Positions 1-9,714 of a stretch of DNA of 64,000 nt are shown piece by piece (within the stretch, counting starts at the first letter, position 1; every line of letters starts with the position of its first letter). The DNA comes from an uncultured delta proteobacterium (GTDB lineage Bacteria > Myxococcota_A > Polyangia > Polyangiales > JAFGIB01), in NCBI GenBank assembly GCA_963778655.1, contig CAVZVA010000009.1:512001-576000 (forward strand), written 5' to 3'. Below the pieces are notes generated by a model that did no database searches, was not told the DNA's origin, and was given only the letters and a program-made list of their open reading frames with translations. Position numbers and translations under genes: made by a program.

Positions 1-156
1 CTCGCCGCCGTAATCGACACCGGCGTTCAATACGGGCAGGGCTACGTGTTCGCGCGTCCGGCCTATCCGATGCCCAAGGCCACGTGGCCGGGCGAGACCA
101 AGAGCCTGCCGCCCGAGAGCGGCAAGAAGACGCGCAGCCGTGGCCCCAAGACCTGA
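1..156 (+). CDS. EAL-domain (c-di-GMP phosphodiesterase) protein, C-terminal part (runs off window)
   Basis: Frame 1 reads LAAVIDTGVQYGQGYVFARP..., the GQGY(L/V)FARP terminal EAL motif; stop TGA at 154-156. Confidence 0.75.
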   Translation, partial: LAAVIDTGVQYGQGYVFARPAYPMPKATWPGETKSLPPESGKKTRSRGPKT

Positions 157-324
157 AGCGACTCAGCAGGGGCCGCTATGTCGCACCGCGATGCCCGCGC
201 CGTGCGCCGTACACTCGTAGATCTGGGTGCAGGCCTCGGGTTGCGGCATGCTGGTGCCGGGCGAGTACTACGCGGCCGCGGCGATTCTCCCGCCACCCCG
301 GCTAGCGCGCGGCTCGGCGCGGTT

Positions 325-1902
325 TCACTTCACCACGGGGGGCGCGGGAGGCCGGTCGTCGGGCGTCAGGCAGGACGACAGGTCGAAGAGCATGAACTCG
401 AGGGCCTTTTCCTGCGGGGACAGGTCCGCGGAGGTGCACTCCGCGGGCACAGGCTGGCTGGGGTCGTCCATCGACGCGGCGCCCACGTGCAGATCGCTGA
501 ACACCACGCGCCCGCACTGCACCATGTTGTCCGGGTTGATCATGGCGTCGGTCGGCGTGTTGAACGAGAAGTACTGCACCGCGCCCGGGGGCATCGCGTT
601 CTGATCGGCGATGATCCAGGTGGTCGACGGCGTGTTGGCCGGGGTGACGTCGGCGTTGTGGCGGGCGGCCTCGATCGGCAGCAAGCCGTTGGTCAGCGCA
701 TTGACGCCCGTCAGCCACTCGTTGAGCGCTTGTCCCTTGGGGAACGGCGCGCCATTGGGCAGCGTGGTCACGATCTGGGCGTTGATGTTGCCGATCGAGT
801 TGGCGCCGCTGCTCCAGGTGGCGAGGTTCTCGGACGCGTAGGGGCCGGTGTTGAACCACGCGTAGTGAAAGTGCGAAGCGAACACGCGGCCGCCCGCGCT
901 GGCGTAGTCGTGCAGCGCCTGCTGGTTCATGTTGTCCGTGTCGTGGCCCTCGCAGGAGAGCAGCACGATATCGTAGGGCATCAGGTCGTCCACCGTGTCC
1001 CACAGCGATGCCGAGCTTGCCGGCGCTGCCGGGCTGGTGTTGGGCGCGGGCCCGATGTAACCGATGCCCGGAATCACCATGCCCGTGCCGCCGCCACCAC
1101 CGAAGAGTCCCGGGATGCCGCCGCCGCCGCCCGCGCCCGCACCCTGGAAGATGTGAATGCGGCCCGTGCCGCCCGCGCCGGGCACGTACTCGCTGGCGTC
1201 GACGCCCACGCGCCGCAACAGACACTCGAGCGTGTCCGCGCCGCCGGTCGAGATGGCGATGCTGGGGATGTCGCCCTCCATTTGATTCTTGGGCAAGGTC
1301 AGCGACTTGTCGGGCAGCGGGTTGTCCTGGCACTGCGCGACCGATGGCAGCGTGATCTGCCGGCGCCACTTGCCCACCTGAATCACCAGCGGGATGTCCG
1401 TACCGTCGGGCGCGTCCTTGAGCACGAAATTGCCGTGGGCGTCGGTCAGCGCGGCCACGACCGGCTTGCCGGTGTACAGGTCGCCGCACGCGTAGCACGA
1501 CGCGCCCAGCGTGAGCGGCTCCACCGGGGCGTTCGGGACGTAGACGGCGACATCGTAGATCGGGTTCTTGCCTGCCGGGTCGTAGACCGTGCCGCTGATC
1601 GTGGTGGAGGCCCCGCCCGCACAAGCGTGCTGTTGGCACTGCAGGTTGGTGCAGCCAGTCGGAGCCGCTCCGACCATGACGGTGGGTCCGGCGGCGACGC
1701 CGGGGCTGTTGCCGAACAGGTTGGCGCCCGAAGTCGAGCCGCTGTTGCCCGCGCTGCCGCTGGCCGTCGGCGCGGCCGAGGCAGCTCCGGGGGTCGGCCG
1801 ACCGGCCGCGCCGTCACTTCCGCCGCAGGCAGCGACGCCCGCGAGCACGCCCAAGATTCCCGCGCCCCGCGCGAGCGCGGCGCCCCTCGTCCAGCTCATC
1901 AT
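325..1902 (-). CDS. Myxobacterial lipoprotein with carboxypeptidase-regulatory-like domain
   Basis: Lipobox GVAAC, Gly/Ala linker, TTISGTVYDPAG, LVIQVGKWRR, TGGADTLECLLRR, CGRVVFSDLHV, QEKALEFMLFDL. Confidence 0.8.
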   Translation of the reverse strand: MMSWTRGAALARGAGILGVLAGVAACGGSDGAAGRPTPGAASAAPTASGSAGNSGSTSGANLFGNSPGVAAGPTVMVGAAPTGCTNLQCQQHACAGGASTTISGTVYDPAGKNPIYDVAVYVPNAPVEPLTLGASCYACGDLYTGKPVVAALTDAHGNFVLKDAPDGTDIPLVIQVGKWRRQITLPSVAQCQDNPLPDKSLTLPKNQMEGDIPSIAISTGGADTLECLLRRVGVDASEYVPGAGGTGRIHIFQGAGAGGGGGIPGLFGGGGGTGMVIPGIGYIGPAPNTSPAAPASSASLWDTVDDLMPYDIVLLSCEGHDTDNMNQQALHDYASAGGRVFASHFHYAWFNTGPYASENLATWSSGANSIGNINAQIVTTLPNGAPFPKGQALNEWLTGVNALTNGLLPIEAARHNADVTPANTPSTTWIIADQNAMPPGAVQYFSFNTPTDAMINPDNMVQCGRVVFSDLHVGAASMDDPSQPVPAECTSADLSPQEKALEFMLFDLSSCLTPDDRPPAPPVVK

Positions 1903-2063
1903 CGCTACCGCCGTCCCAGTGTGTCAGACCCACAGCGCCACCCACGGCACTGCCAGCCCACGCTGGCCCGGCCGCATGGGCGTGTCCTTGGGACTTGATT
2001 GGCATTTGGTGGGTGTTTCTTGCGCGCCTCGGGCGTCAGCAGCCGGGCCCCAGGTCCGGGGTT

Positions 2064-2117
2064 GGGGGAGGGGGGGAGGGGGAGGGAGGGGGAGGGAGGG
2101 GGAGGGGGAAGGGGAAG
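2064..2117 (+). repeat. 54-nt homopurine G-rich tract (GGGA/GGAGGGAGGG units)
   Basis: Uninterrupted G/A run with many G3+ runs. Confidence 0.9.
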
Positions 2118-2119
2118 CC

Positions 2120-2354
2120 TGGATCGCCTCCACGTGGACGCGGTTCTTGCCGCCGCGCTTGGCGCAATACATGAGCGCATCGGCGCCGCGCAGGACCTCA
2201 TCGAGGGTCGCCGGCGCGCGGGCTTACCAGACGGCGCCCACGCTCGCGGTCACGGGCCAGCCGTGCGCGCGCATGCTCGAGGCCAGCGCTCACGGATGCG
2301 CTCGAGCGAGCCGCGAGCCGCATCCTGGTGGCAGTCGACCAACAGCATCACGAA
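2120..2354 (-). pseudogene. GGDEF (diguanylate cyclase) C-terminal relic
   Basis: FVMLLVDCHQDAARGSLERIRER / frameshift ~2285 / ASSMRAHGWPVTASVGAVW* (TAA 2224-2226) ARAPATLDEVLRGADALMYCAKRGGKNRV; GGDEF motif and start absent. Confidence 0.8.
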
Positions 2355-2556
2355 ACGGAAAGCGCGAAATCGACCAGCGTCTTCAGGGATGCGTGCCTCA
2401 CCGGACGCTCGATGCTATCACAGGCGGCCCGCCGCGATTCAGAAGGCGCTGCGAGCCCGCGCTGCCCTCACTGCAGCTCGCCGGCGCCTAGCACGGCCGC
2501 CGCGATTCGAGGCAAGCACGCCAGCATGTCGCGTCATGGTAACGCAACCGCGGTCG

Positions 2557-3756
2557 TTACATCAGGTGGACCAGCGTGATGCCCGTGACCGCGCTGCTTC
2601 CGGTCACCCTCACCTTGCCGCTGCCATCGAGGCCCGCCCGCCACACGTTGCCGCTCAGGTCGCTGAAGTACATCGCGCCTGCCGGCAGGTCGAGCGTGAT
2701 GCCGATCGGCTGCGAGAGGCCGGTGACCAGCGTTTCGACGTCACTGCGGCTTACCGCGTTCTGGCCCGCCGGCAGGTCCATCCCCGCGCGCTGCACCGTG
2801 CCGAGCGAGCGATCGGTCCAGTACAGCTGCCGCTTGTCGAGATCGAGCTCGAGGTCGATCGGCATGGTGTTGGCACCGAGCACCACCAGGTCCTCGATGT
2901 CGGTTCGGTTCGCATCGGTCTGTCCCGCCGGCAGGTCGAGCCCGGCGCGCATGATCTTGCGCGCGTCCTTGTCGCTGAAATAGAGCTGCGCGTGCGCCAC
3001 GTCGAGCGCGATGCCGACCGGCTGCTGCAGGCCGTGTCCACTGGCCAGCGTTTCGGGCTGGCTGCCGTCCATGTTGGCGCGCCACAGCTTGGCGCCTTCG
3101 CGGTCGCACCAGTACAGCTTGTGGTGCACGCCGTCGATCGCCAGCTGCTTGAAGGTGTTGCCCACGCCCACCGGCACGATGGTCTCGATGCCCGTGCCGT
3201 CGAGCGCCGCGCGCTGCACGGTGCCGAGGTTTGCGCCGCCGAGCGCGCTGCCCATGTTGGTCCAGAACAGGTAACCGCCCTCCACATCGACGCTGACGCC
3301 GTCCGGCGCGCTGATCCCGTTGCCGGTCGCGATCGCGCGCGCGTCCGAGCCGTCGGCGTTGGCGCGCCAGACCGCGTTGCCGAAGATGTCGAGCCAGTAC
3401 AGCACGGGCTTGCCGGCCGCAGGCGCGGTGGGCTGACCGGCGCCGCCGCCGGCATCGGCCTGCGCGGGCGGCGCCGCGGCGTCGGCCGCGGGACCGGGCT
3501 GCGCCGGCCCGGGCCCGACGCCGGAATCGGCGGTCGTGACTTGCATGCCCGAGCCGCCGAGCGCGGGCGCGGGCGCGCCGGTCGCGGGCGAGCCGGTCGA
3601 GCCCCCGCTGCCCGCCGCCGCGGCGGGCATGGCCGGCCGGGGACCGGCGGTCGCGCCGGCCGGCGTGGCCATCGAGGGACTGCTGCAACCGAGCAGCCAC
3701 AGCAGCGCCGCGGCCGGCGCGGTCATCGACTGCGCGCGCGATCCGAGAGCCGTCAT
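2557..3756 (-). CDS. Lipoprotein with LDL-receptor class B (YWTD-like) beta-propeller
   Basis: Lipobox LLGC; repeats LYWLD, LFWTN, LYWCD, LYFSD, LYWTD, MYFSD, each followed by RAxLDG-like segments; start may be 3726. Confidence 0.8.
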   Translation of the reverse strand: MTALGSRAQSMTAPAAALLWLLGCSSPSMATPAGATAGPRPAMPAAAAGSGGSTGSPATGAPAPALGGSGMQVTTADSGVGPGPAQPGPAADAAAPPAQADAGGGAGQPTAPAAGKPVLYWLDIFGNAVWRANADGSDARAIATGNGISAPDGVSVDVEGGYLFWTNMGSALGGANLGTVQRAALDGTGIETIVPVGVGNTFKQLAIDGVHHKLYWCDREGAKLWRANMDGSQPETLASGHGLQQPVGIALDVAHAQLYFSDKDARKIMRAGLDLPAGQTDANRTDIEDLVVLGANTMPIDLELDLDKRQLYWTDRSLGTVQRAGMDLPAGQNAVSRSDVETLVTGLSQPIGITLDLPAGAMYFSDLSGNVWRAGLDGSGKVRVTGSSAVTGITLVHLM

Positions 3757-3887
3757 CAGGCGCCAACTACCTTTCCGACCACACCCGCAGCCAGCGTTGC
3801 GCCTTTCGCTGGCGCGATCAAGCGCCGCTCGCGCCGCTCCCCAAAAAGCTACTCGGCGGTGCGGGCTCGCGCGGCCACGCGGCGCGC

Positions 3888-4790
3888 TCAGAACAGCGCC
3901 GGCTGTTTCGGCTGCGGGCGCGCAAAGCCGACGCATTCCGGAGCGAACGCGGCCAGCCGCGCCGCCGCGATCCGCACCGCTTCCGGATTGCTGTCGACGA
4001 GCACGAAGCCGCGGCCGTGGCGTGCGGCGGCCTCGCCCGTGGTGCCGCTTCCGGCGAAGAAATCGAGCACCACGTCGCCCGGGCGCGTGTGCACCTTGAC
4101 CAGGCGGTTGAGCACCCCGAGCGGCTTCTGGGTCGGATAGCCGGTCTTCTCGTGTCCGCTGGTGGGGACGATCGTGTGCCACCAGACGTCGGTCGGGGTC
4201 TTGCCGCGCGCGGCCTTCTCGCGCGACACGAGTCCCGGCGCCATGTACGGGATGCGGTCCATCTCGGCGAAGTCGAACACGTAGCCGCCCGGATCGAGCG
4301 CATACCAGAGGATGGTGTCGTGCTTGGCCGGCCAGCGGCTCTTGGGCCGGCCGCCGTAGTCATAGGCCCAGATGATCTCGTTCATGAAGCAGTCGCGCCC
4401 GAGCAGGTGATCGAGCGCGACCTTGATGTAATGGACCTCGCGCGCGTCCAGGTGCACGAACAGCGAGCCGTCGGCGGTGAGGCAGCGCAGCGCGGCCTCG
4501 ATGCGCGGCATCAGGAACGCTTCGAAGTCGTCGAAGGCGTCGCCGAAGGCGCTGCTCGGCAGCGTCTCGATGTCGTAACGCTTGCCGCCGAACCCGCCGC
4601 GCTCGCCGCGCCCGTCGCTGGCGCTGACGCGCATGCGCTCGCGCCGCTGCAGCTTGCCGCTGTTGAACGGCGGATCGATGTAGATGGCGCGCGCCAGCTG
4701 TGCGGGCAGGCGGGGCAGCACGTCGGCGTTGTCGCCCAGGATGATCTGTTTGAGCACGGCTGGGTCAAAGTAGCGCGTTTCTCTGCCCAT
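3888..4790 (-). CDS. Site-specific N6/N4 DNA methyltransferase (beta class), orphan
   Basis: IYIDPPF catalytic motif precedes DFFAGSGTT SAM-binding motif; YPTQKP. Confidence 0.9.
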   Translation of the reverse strand: MGRETRYFDPAVLKQIILGDNADVLPRLPAQLARAIYIDPPFNSGKLQRRERMRVSASDGRGERGGFGGKRYDIETLPSSAFGDAFDDFEAFLMPRIEAALRCLTADGSLFVHLDAREVHYIKVALDHLLGRDCFMNEIIWAYDYGGRPKSRWPAKHDTILWYALDPGGYVFDFAEMDRIPYMAPGLVSREKAARGKTPTDVWWHTIVPTSGHEKTGYPTQKPLGVLNRLVKVHTRPGDVVLDFFAGSGTTGEAAARHGRGFVLVDSNPEAVRIAAARLAAFAPECVGFARPQPKQPALF

Positions 4791-4881
4791 GGGCAGGCGC
4801 CGGCGGGCGGCCGTGCTGCTGCCCGCGGGAAGATGCTAGGGTCTGCGCGCCGGTATCGGGAGCCGGCCGGAGGGTAGCGTC

Positions 4882-5673
4882 GTGATGAAGGATTTGTTTT
4901 CGCTGCAGGGGCGCACCGCGTTGATCACCGGGGGCTCGCGCGGCATCGGCAGGATGATCGCCCAGGGCTTTCTCGAGTTCGGCGCCAAGGTGTACATCTC
5001 CTCGCGCAAGGCCGAGGCGTGCAACGCCACCGCGGTCGAGCTTTCGGCCGGGGGCGCGACCTGCGTGTCGCTGCCTCAGGACGTCTCGAGCGTGACCGGC
5101 TGCCGCGCGCTGGCCGGCGCGATCATGGCGCGCGAGAGCAAGCTCGACATCCTGGTCAACAACGCAGGCGCCGCCTGGGCCGCGGACTTCGACGAGTTCC
5201 CGGAGCAAGGCTGGGACAAGGTGATGAACCTGAACCTCAAGTCGCCCTTCTTTCTGACCCAGGCGCTGCACGGCGCGCTCAAGGCCGCGGCCAGCGACGC
5301 GCGGCCGGCCAAGGTGATCAACATCGCCTCGATCGACGGCATCCGCCTGAACCCGCTCGAGACTTATTCCTATCACGCGTCCAAGGCCGGGCTGATCTAC
5401 CTGACCCAGCGCATGGCCGCGAAGCTGGTGGCCGACCGCATCGTGGTCAGCGCGATCGCGCCCGGGCCCTTCGCCTCGGAGATGAACCGCGCGGCGCGCG
5501 ATTTCAGCGAGGTCGTGGCTGCGCGCACGCCGATGCGGCGCATCGGCCGCGACGACGACATGGCCGGGGCCGCGATCTACCTGGCCTCGCGCGCGGGCGA
5601 CTACGTGGTGGGTGAGACGATCGCGGTCGACGGCGGCATCGCCTACGCCAATCTGCCTCAAGCCGCCGGTTGA
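4882..5673 (+). CDS. SDR family oxidoreductase (RhlG-like)
   Basis: TGGSRGIG, NNAG, YHASK. Confidence 0.9.
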   Translation: MMKDLFSLQGRTALITGGSRGIGRMIAQGFLEFGAKVYISSRKAEACNATAVELSAGGATCVSLPQDVSSVTGCRALAGAIMARESKLDILVNNAGAAWAADFDEFPEQGWDKVMNLNLKSPFFLTQALHGALKAAASDARPAKVINIASIDGIRLNPLETYSYHASKAGLIYLTQRMAAKLVADRIVVSAIAPGPFASEMNRAARDFSEVVAARTPMRRIGRDDDMAGAAIYLASRAGDYVVGETIAVDGGIAYANLPQAAG

Positions 5674-5976
5674 GCCGCAGAGAGCCGTGCTCGGATTCTT
5701 CGGCAGCGAGCTCACGCAGACGCTGCGATCGTTGCCACCTGGATGTGGCCAACTCAGGTCATGCGCCGGCCGAAAGACGCGCTGAAGGTAAACTGCCTGC
5801 GCCGCCGCTTCGGGCGCGGCGCGTGACCTGGCTCACAGCGTGACTCGCAGCCGGGGTTGCGCCGGAGCGCGTGGCGCCACCGTCTCGAGCAGACGAGCGC
5901 GCTCCGTGTTACAAGCGGAGCTCGCTGCTCAACGGGGCGGGGAGGGTGCTGTGGGCCCCGCCCGAGGAGGCTTGTC

Positions 5977-7056
5977 ATGAACGTGCCCAAACGCCTTGTA
6001 TGGTTGCTGCTCATCGCAGCTTCGAGCGGCTGCGGCGCGGACGCCACTACGTCCGACGCAACGGTAGCGAGCGCGAGCGCCGCGCTGCGGGAGAGCAGCT
6101 TCTCGTTCGAGCTGAGCTTGCGCGACGCGAGCCCGGTGCAGATCCACGCACGCCTGTGGAGCGGCGGGGCACGGACGGGCGCGACCGTGCTCGCGGTGCA
6201 CGGGCTATCGGAGACGGCGGCGACATTCGAGCCGCTGGCCAGCGCGATCCTGAACGACCGCTGGCTGCGACGCCGCGTGCGGCGCGTGATTGCGATCGAC
6301 ATGCCGGGTCATGGCGAGAGCGGGTTCCCCGATTCCGCAAGCGGCCTCAGCTTTGGGGACCTGACGATCGAGGATAACGTCGGTGTGCTGATCGACGCGA
6401 TCCGCGAGCTGCGCCGGCAGCGGCTCGCGCCCAGCGTGGTGATCGCGCACAGCATGGGCGGGCTCGAAGTCCAGGCCGCGCAAGAGACTCTGCTCGCGCA
6501 GGGATCGAGCCTGGCGCGGCTCGGTATCCGCCGCGTGCTTCTGCTCGCGCCGGTCCCGCCACACGGGCAGCCCTGGCAGGTGCCGGCGGGTGACCTGTCA
6601 CCGTTCATCGTGCAGGACCCCGATCTCGGGGCGTACCTGCAGGTTCCTCCCGAGCTGTTCGTCGCACAGTCGTTTGGCAGGCTCGATGGCACTGTGGCCT
6701 CGAATGCGCCCAGCCCGCAGCAGGCCGCCGACGCCGGCTACATCGGGCTGGAGCCTCTGTCGACCCTGCTGCAACTGGTCGAGCTGCCCGTTCAGCTGCC
6801 CGACGGCGGAACCTTCACGCCGGCTCGTCCGAGCGTGCGAGCAGACGCCTTCCGGCTGCGCAACGGCACCTTGCTGGAGCTCGCATCGTTCGAGCAAGAC
6901 GTGTTGGTTCACGCCGATGACCTCGCCCAGCTCTATCCTTACCTCACCGGCGACGAGCGCGGCTGGCTCTACGATCCGGTGGCCGGCCGCGATGCCGTCC
7001 ACAGCACGTTCGTGTCGGATCCAAGCAGCCTGCTCGGCGCGCTGCACTGGCCGTAA
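5977..7056 (+). CDS. Secreted alpha/beta hydrolase (lipoprotein)
   Basis: GAGGAGG RBS; lipobox SSGC; VHGLS, DMPGHGES, AHSMGG nucleophile elbow. Confidence 0.85.
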   Translation: MNVPKRLVWLLLIAASSGCGADATTSDATVASASAALRESSFSFELSLRDASPVQIHARLWSGGARTGATVLAVHGLSETAATFEPLASAILNDRWLRRRVRRVIAIDMPGHGESGFPDSASGLSFGDLTIEDNVGVLIDAIRELRRQRLAPSVVIAHSMGGLEVQAAQETLLAQGSSLARLGIRRVLLLAPVPPHGQPWQVPAGDLSPFIVQDPDLGAYLQVPPELFVAQSFGRLDGTVASNAPSPQQAADAGYIGLEPLSTLLQLVELPVQLPDGGTFTPARPSVRADAFRLRNGTLLELASFEQDVLVHADDLAQLYPYLTGDERGWLYDPVAGRDAVHSTFVSDPSSLLGALHWP

Positions 7057-7089
7057 TCGCGATGCCCGGCGGCATACTCCCTGTCGGAG

Positions 7090-7234
7090 CTTGCGCCGGG
7101 CTCGGGTCGCCTTGCTCGAGCGCGTAGCCCGCAGCGGCGTAGCGCTTCATGCCGCCGTCGAGCACGTGCACGTTGCCCTGGCCCGGATACAGCAGCAGCC
7201 AGGCCGTGCGCGACGCGAACAGTCCGTCGTCTAC
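7090..7234 (-). pseudogene. Rhodanese/sulfurtransferase fragment
   Basis: VDDGLFASRTAWLLLYPGQGNVHVLDGGMKRY matches the end of a rhodanese domain; in-frame TGA just upstream, no start. Confidence 0.6.
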
Positions 7235-7238
7235 CCGC

Positions 7239-7952
7239 CTACTTCACGCCCTGGACCTGCGCCGGGATCTCGGTGCAGGGCGTGACGGTGCCAGCCGCCA
7301 TGCCGAGCGACTTGGCCACCGAAGCGCTGTCGACGCAGCCAAGCGGCGCGATCTGATCGATCACGAAACCGCAGGTGCCGTCCGGGCGGCAGCAGCCCGG
7401 AAGGCTCAAGAAGCCCATCACGCTAGTGCTCGGACAGGCCATGGTCTGCGTACCTGGCGCGTTCTGCTCCGCGCACATCGACTCGCCCGTCAGCGAGCTC
7501 ACGTCGAGGCCGCAGCGGCCGGCGGCGGTGCAGCAGGCCTCGAGCGTGCCTGTGAATCCCATCGAGGACTGGCACGGCATGCAGGCCGACACGTCGTGCG
7601 AGACCGGGCCCGCCGCGGCCGCCGCCGTGCCGCTGGTGGCCATCGGCAGGGCGCCCGGCGCGGCAGCGGCGCCGGTGCCCACCGGCAACACGCCTGCGCC
7701 ACCGGTGCCGCTGGCGCCCGGGCCGGTGTCGACCGGCGCGGCGCCCGTGCCGCCTGCGCCTGCGCCCGCGAGCCCGCCGATGCCGGCGGTGCCTGCCGGC
7801 AGGCCGCTGAAGGTCGGCGGTGTGGCCACGCTCGTCTTGTCGAGATCGTGCGCGTTCGAGCACGCGCTCGCCGCGAGCCACACGCTCGCCGCGAGCGCAA
7901 AACGGCGCCACCGCGCCACTGGGCGGCAAGCACGAACCACCTGACCAAGCAT
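7239..7952 (-). CDS. Cys-rich lipoprotein with Gly/Ala linker
   Basis: Lipobox ASAC; two CC-x4-CG repeats (ACCTAAGRCG, GCCRPDGTCG). Confidence 0.7.
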   Translation of the reverse strand: MLGQVVRACRPVARWRRFALAASVWLAASACSNAHDLDKTSVATPPTFSGLPAGTAGIGGLAGAGAGGTGAAPVDTGPGASGTGGAGVLPVGTGAAAAPGALPMATSGTAAAAAGPVSHDVSACMPCQSSMGFTGTLEACCTAAGRCGLDVSSLTGESMCAEQNAPGTQTMACPSTSVMGFLSLPGCCRPDGTCGFVIDQIAPLGCVDSASVAKSLGMAAGTVTPCTEIPAQVQGVK

Positions 7953-8354
7953 GAAGCTCACTCCTGCGCCGTACGCTGGTCGCTCTTCGCGCGCCGGCGT
8001 CTTGCACAACGCTAGCACGCGCTGGCGCGCGCTTGCAGTGCTTTTTGCCGCGACTGGTCGCCGAATGCGCCGCGAGCTTTACAGCGTAGAAGAATGCCTG
8101 CCGCTCTTGGCGAATCGCTTGAGCAAGGGCGAGGGTCGCACAGCGCGGCGTGCTGCTGCCGAAAGCGAGCGATGGCTTGGTAGACCTTGTCCAGGCCCCC
8201 CAGCTCGCGGGAGCCGGACGGCGCTCATCTATTCACGACGTCGTAGCTTTCCTTCGTGTCGCGAGACCCGCCTGACAGATCGAGCGGCACCGCGTCCGTC
8301 TGCAAGGTCGAGAACTGGGGCACGCCTGGCGAACCCGCTGGCGGGCTGACGTCA

Positions 8355-9572
8355 TCAGCGCACGTTGACGATGGCGACCGCTGCCGGGTTGCTCAGACCG
8401 GTGATGGGATCGCCCACCGCCTCCAGGCTGCCGTCCGGCGCGACCCGAAACACCGCGAGGCTGCCCGAGTCCTGGTTGGCGACGATCAGCCACTGGCCCG
8501 TGTCGTCGAGCGCGAAGTCGCGTGGCGTCTTGCCCCGCGCGGGCGTGCTCGCGACCCGCTGCGGCGCGCCGTTGCCGCCGATCGCGTACACCGCGATGGT
8601 GTCCTCGCCACGATTGCTCGCGTACAGCGTGCGGCCGCTCGGGTGCACCAGCACGTGCGCGCCCGTGTTGTTGCCGCTGAAGCCCGCCGCCAGCGTCGAG
8701 ACGCTCGTGATTGGCGCGAGCGTGCCGTCACCGCGCAGCGAGTACGCCGAGAGCGTGCTCGACAGCTCGTTGATCACGTACAGCCACTTGCCGTTGGGGT
8801 GAAAGGCCAGATGGCGCGGGCCCGTGCCGTCGGCGTCGATCAGGGCCGGGCCGGCCGGGTTGAGCTCGAGGTCACCGCCGTCCGCGTCGTAGGTGCACTG
8901 GGCGACCGCGTCGAGCCCCTTGTTGGGAATGAACGCGTACTTGCTCGAAGCGTCCACCCGCACCGCGTGGGTCTGCGCTCCCCCTGCAAACGACAGCGTG
9001 TCCACCGCCGCTCCCAGACCGCCTCCGGCTTCGATCGGGAACACCTGCACGCGCGCCCCGTCGTAGCTCGCCGCCAGCACGTGGCGGCCACCCGGATCGA
9101 CGCTGGTGTACACCATGCCGACGTTGTCCCCGGGCTCGTGATCGATCTGCGCGACCTCGCCGGTGTCGAGATTCACCTGACCCACGGTGACGCCGCCGCC
9201 CGCGCCGTCCTGCTCGTTGGCCACGTACAGGAAGCGACCATCGGCGCTCGGGGTGATGTAGGTCGGGTTGTCGCCCAGGTCGACCGGCGCGCCCAGCTCG
9301 CTCAGGGCGCCGCTCTGCCGATCCAGGCGATAGCGCCGCACCGCGTTGGTGTAGCCGCCCACGAACACGAAGCTGCGCAGGATTGCAGCGCCGGCCGGAT
9401 GCGCCGCCGCGTCGAGCCCGCCCGAGCCTGCGCGCGCGGCCGCGTCTTGTCCGCTGGTCGTCGAGCCGCCGGCCGGGTGATCGGCCCCCGCTTGCGACCC
9501 GCCCGCACCGGCGCAGCCCGCAAGCGCGAGCGAGCCCAGAAGCCGGAGGACGAGCGCCGCCGCCTTGCGCAC
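8355..9572 (-). CDS. Lactonase family protein (6-phosphogluconolactonase-like), lipoprotein
   Basis: FVGGYT, LYVANE, GPRHLAFHPNG, LYVINELS, SNRGED, PRDF, VANQDS; lipobox LAGC. Confidence 0.85.
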   Translation of the reverse strand: MRKAAALVLRLLGSLALAGCAGAGGSQAGADHPAGGSTTSGQDAAARAGSGGLDAAAHPAGAAILRSFVFVGGYTNAVRRYRLDRQSGALSELGAPVDLGDNPTYITPSADGRFLYVANEQDGAGGGVTVGQVNLDTGEVAQIDHEPGDNVGMVYTSVDPGGRHVLAASYDGARVQVFPIEAGGGLGAAVDTLSFAGGAQTHAVRVDASSKYAFIPNKGLDAVAQCTYDADGGDLELNPAGPALIDADGTGPRHLAFHPNGKWLYVINELSSTLSAYSLRGDGTLAPITSVSTLAAGFSGNNTGAHVLVHPSGRTLYASNRGEDTIAVYAIGGNGAPQRVASTPARGKTPRDFALDDTGQWLIVANQDSGSLAVFRVAPDGSLEAVGDPITGLSNPAAVAIVNVR

Positions 9573-9714
9573 GGCCCGATACTGCGCCGCCCCCGGTCGC
9601 TTCGGCAAGCACGCGCCGCTGGTGAGCCTCACCCGGCGGCGCGGCGCACTAGCCACTAGCGGCCGCGCTTTCCTTCCAGCCGCGACTGCGCCAAGCTCTG
9701 CGCGCAGGGGTGCC

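Noticed and set aside
3888..4790. Restriction-modification or defence island
   Set aside because: No nuclease or other defence gene nearby
5770..5800. c-di-GMP-I riboswitch (GGTAAAC, GAAA words)
   Set aside because: Words are in the wrong order and the conserved stem layout is missing
8290..8350. ENWGT motif suggesting a GH11 fragment
   Set aside because: Five residues only, no supporting flanks
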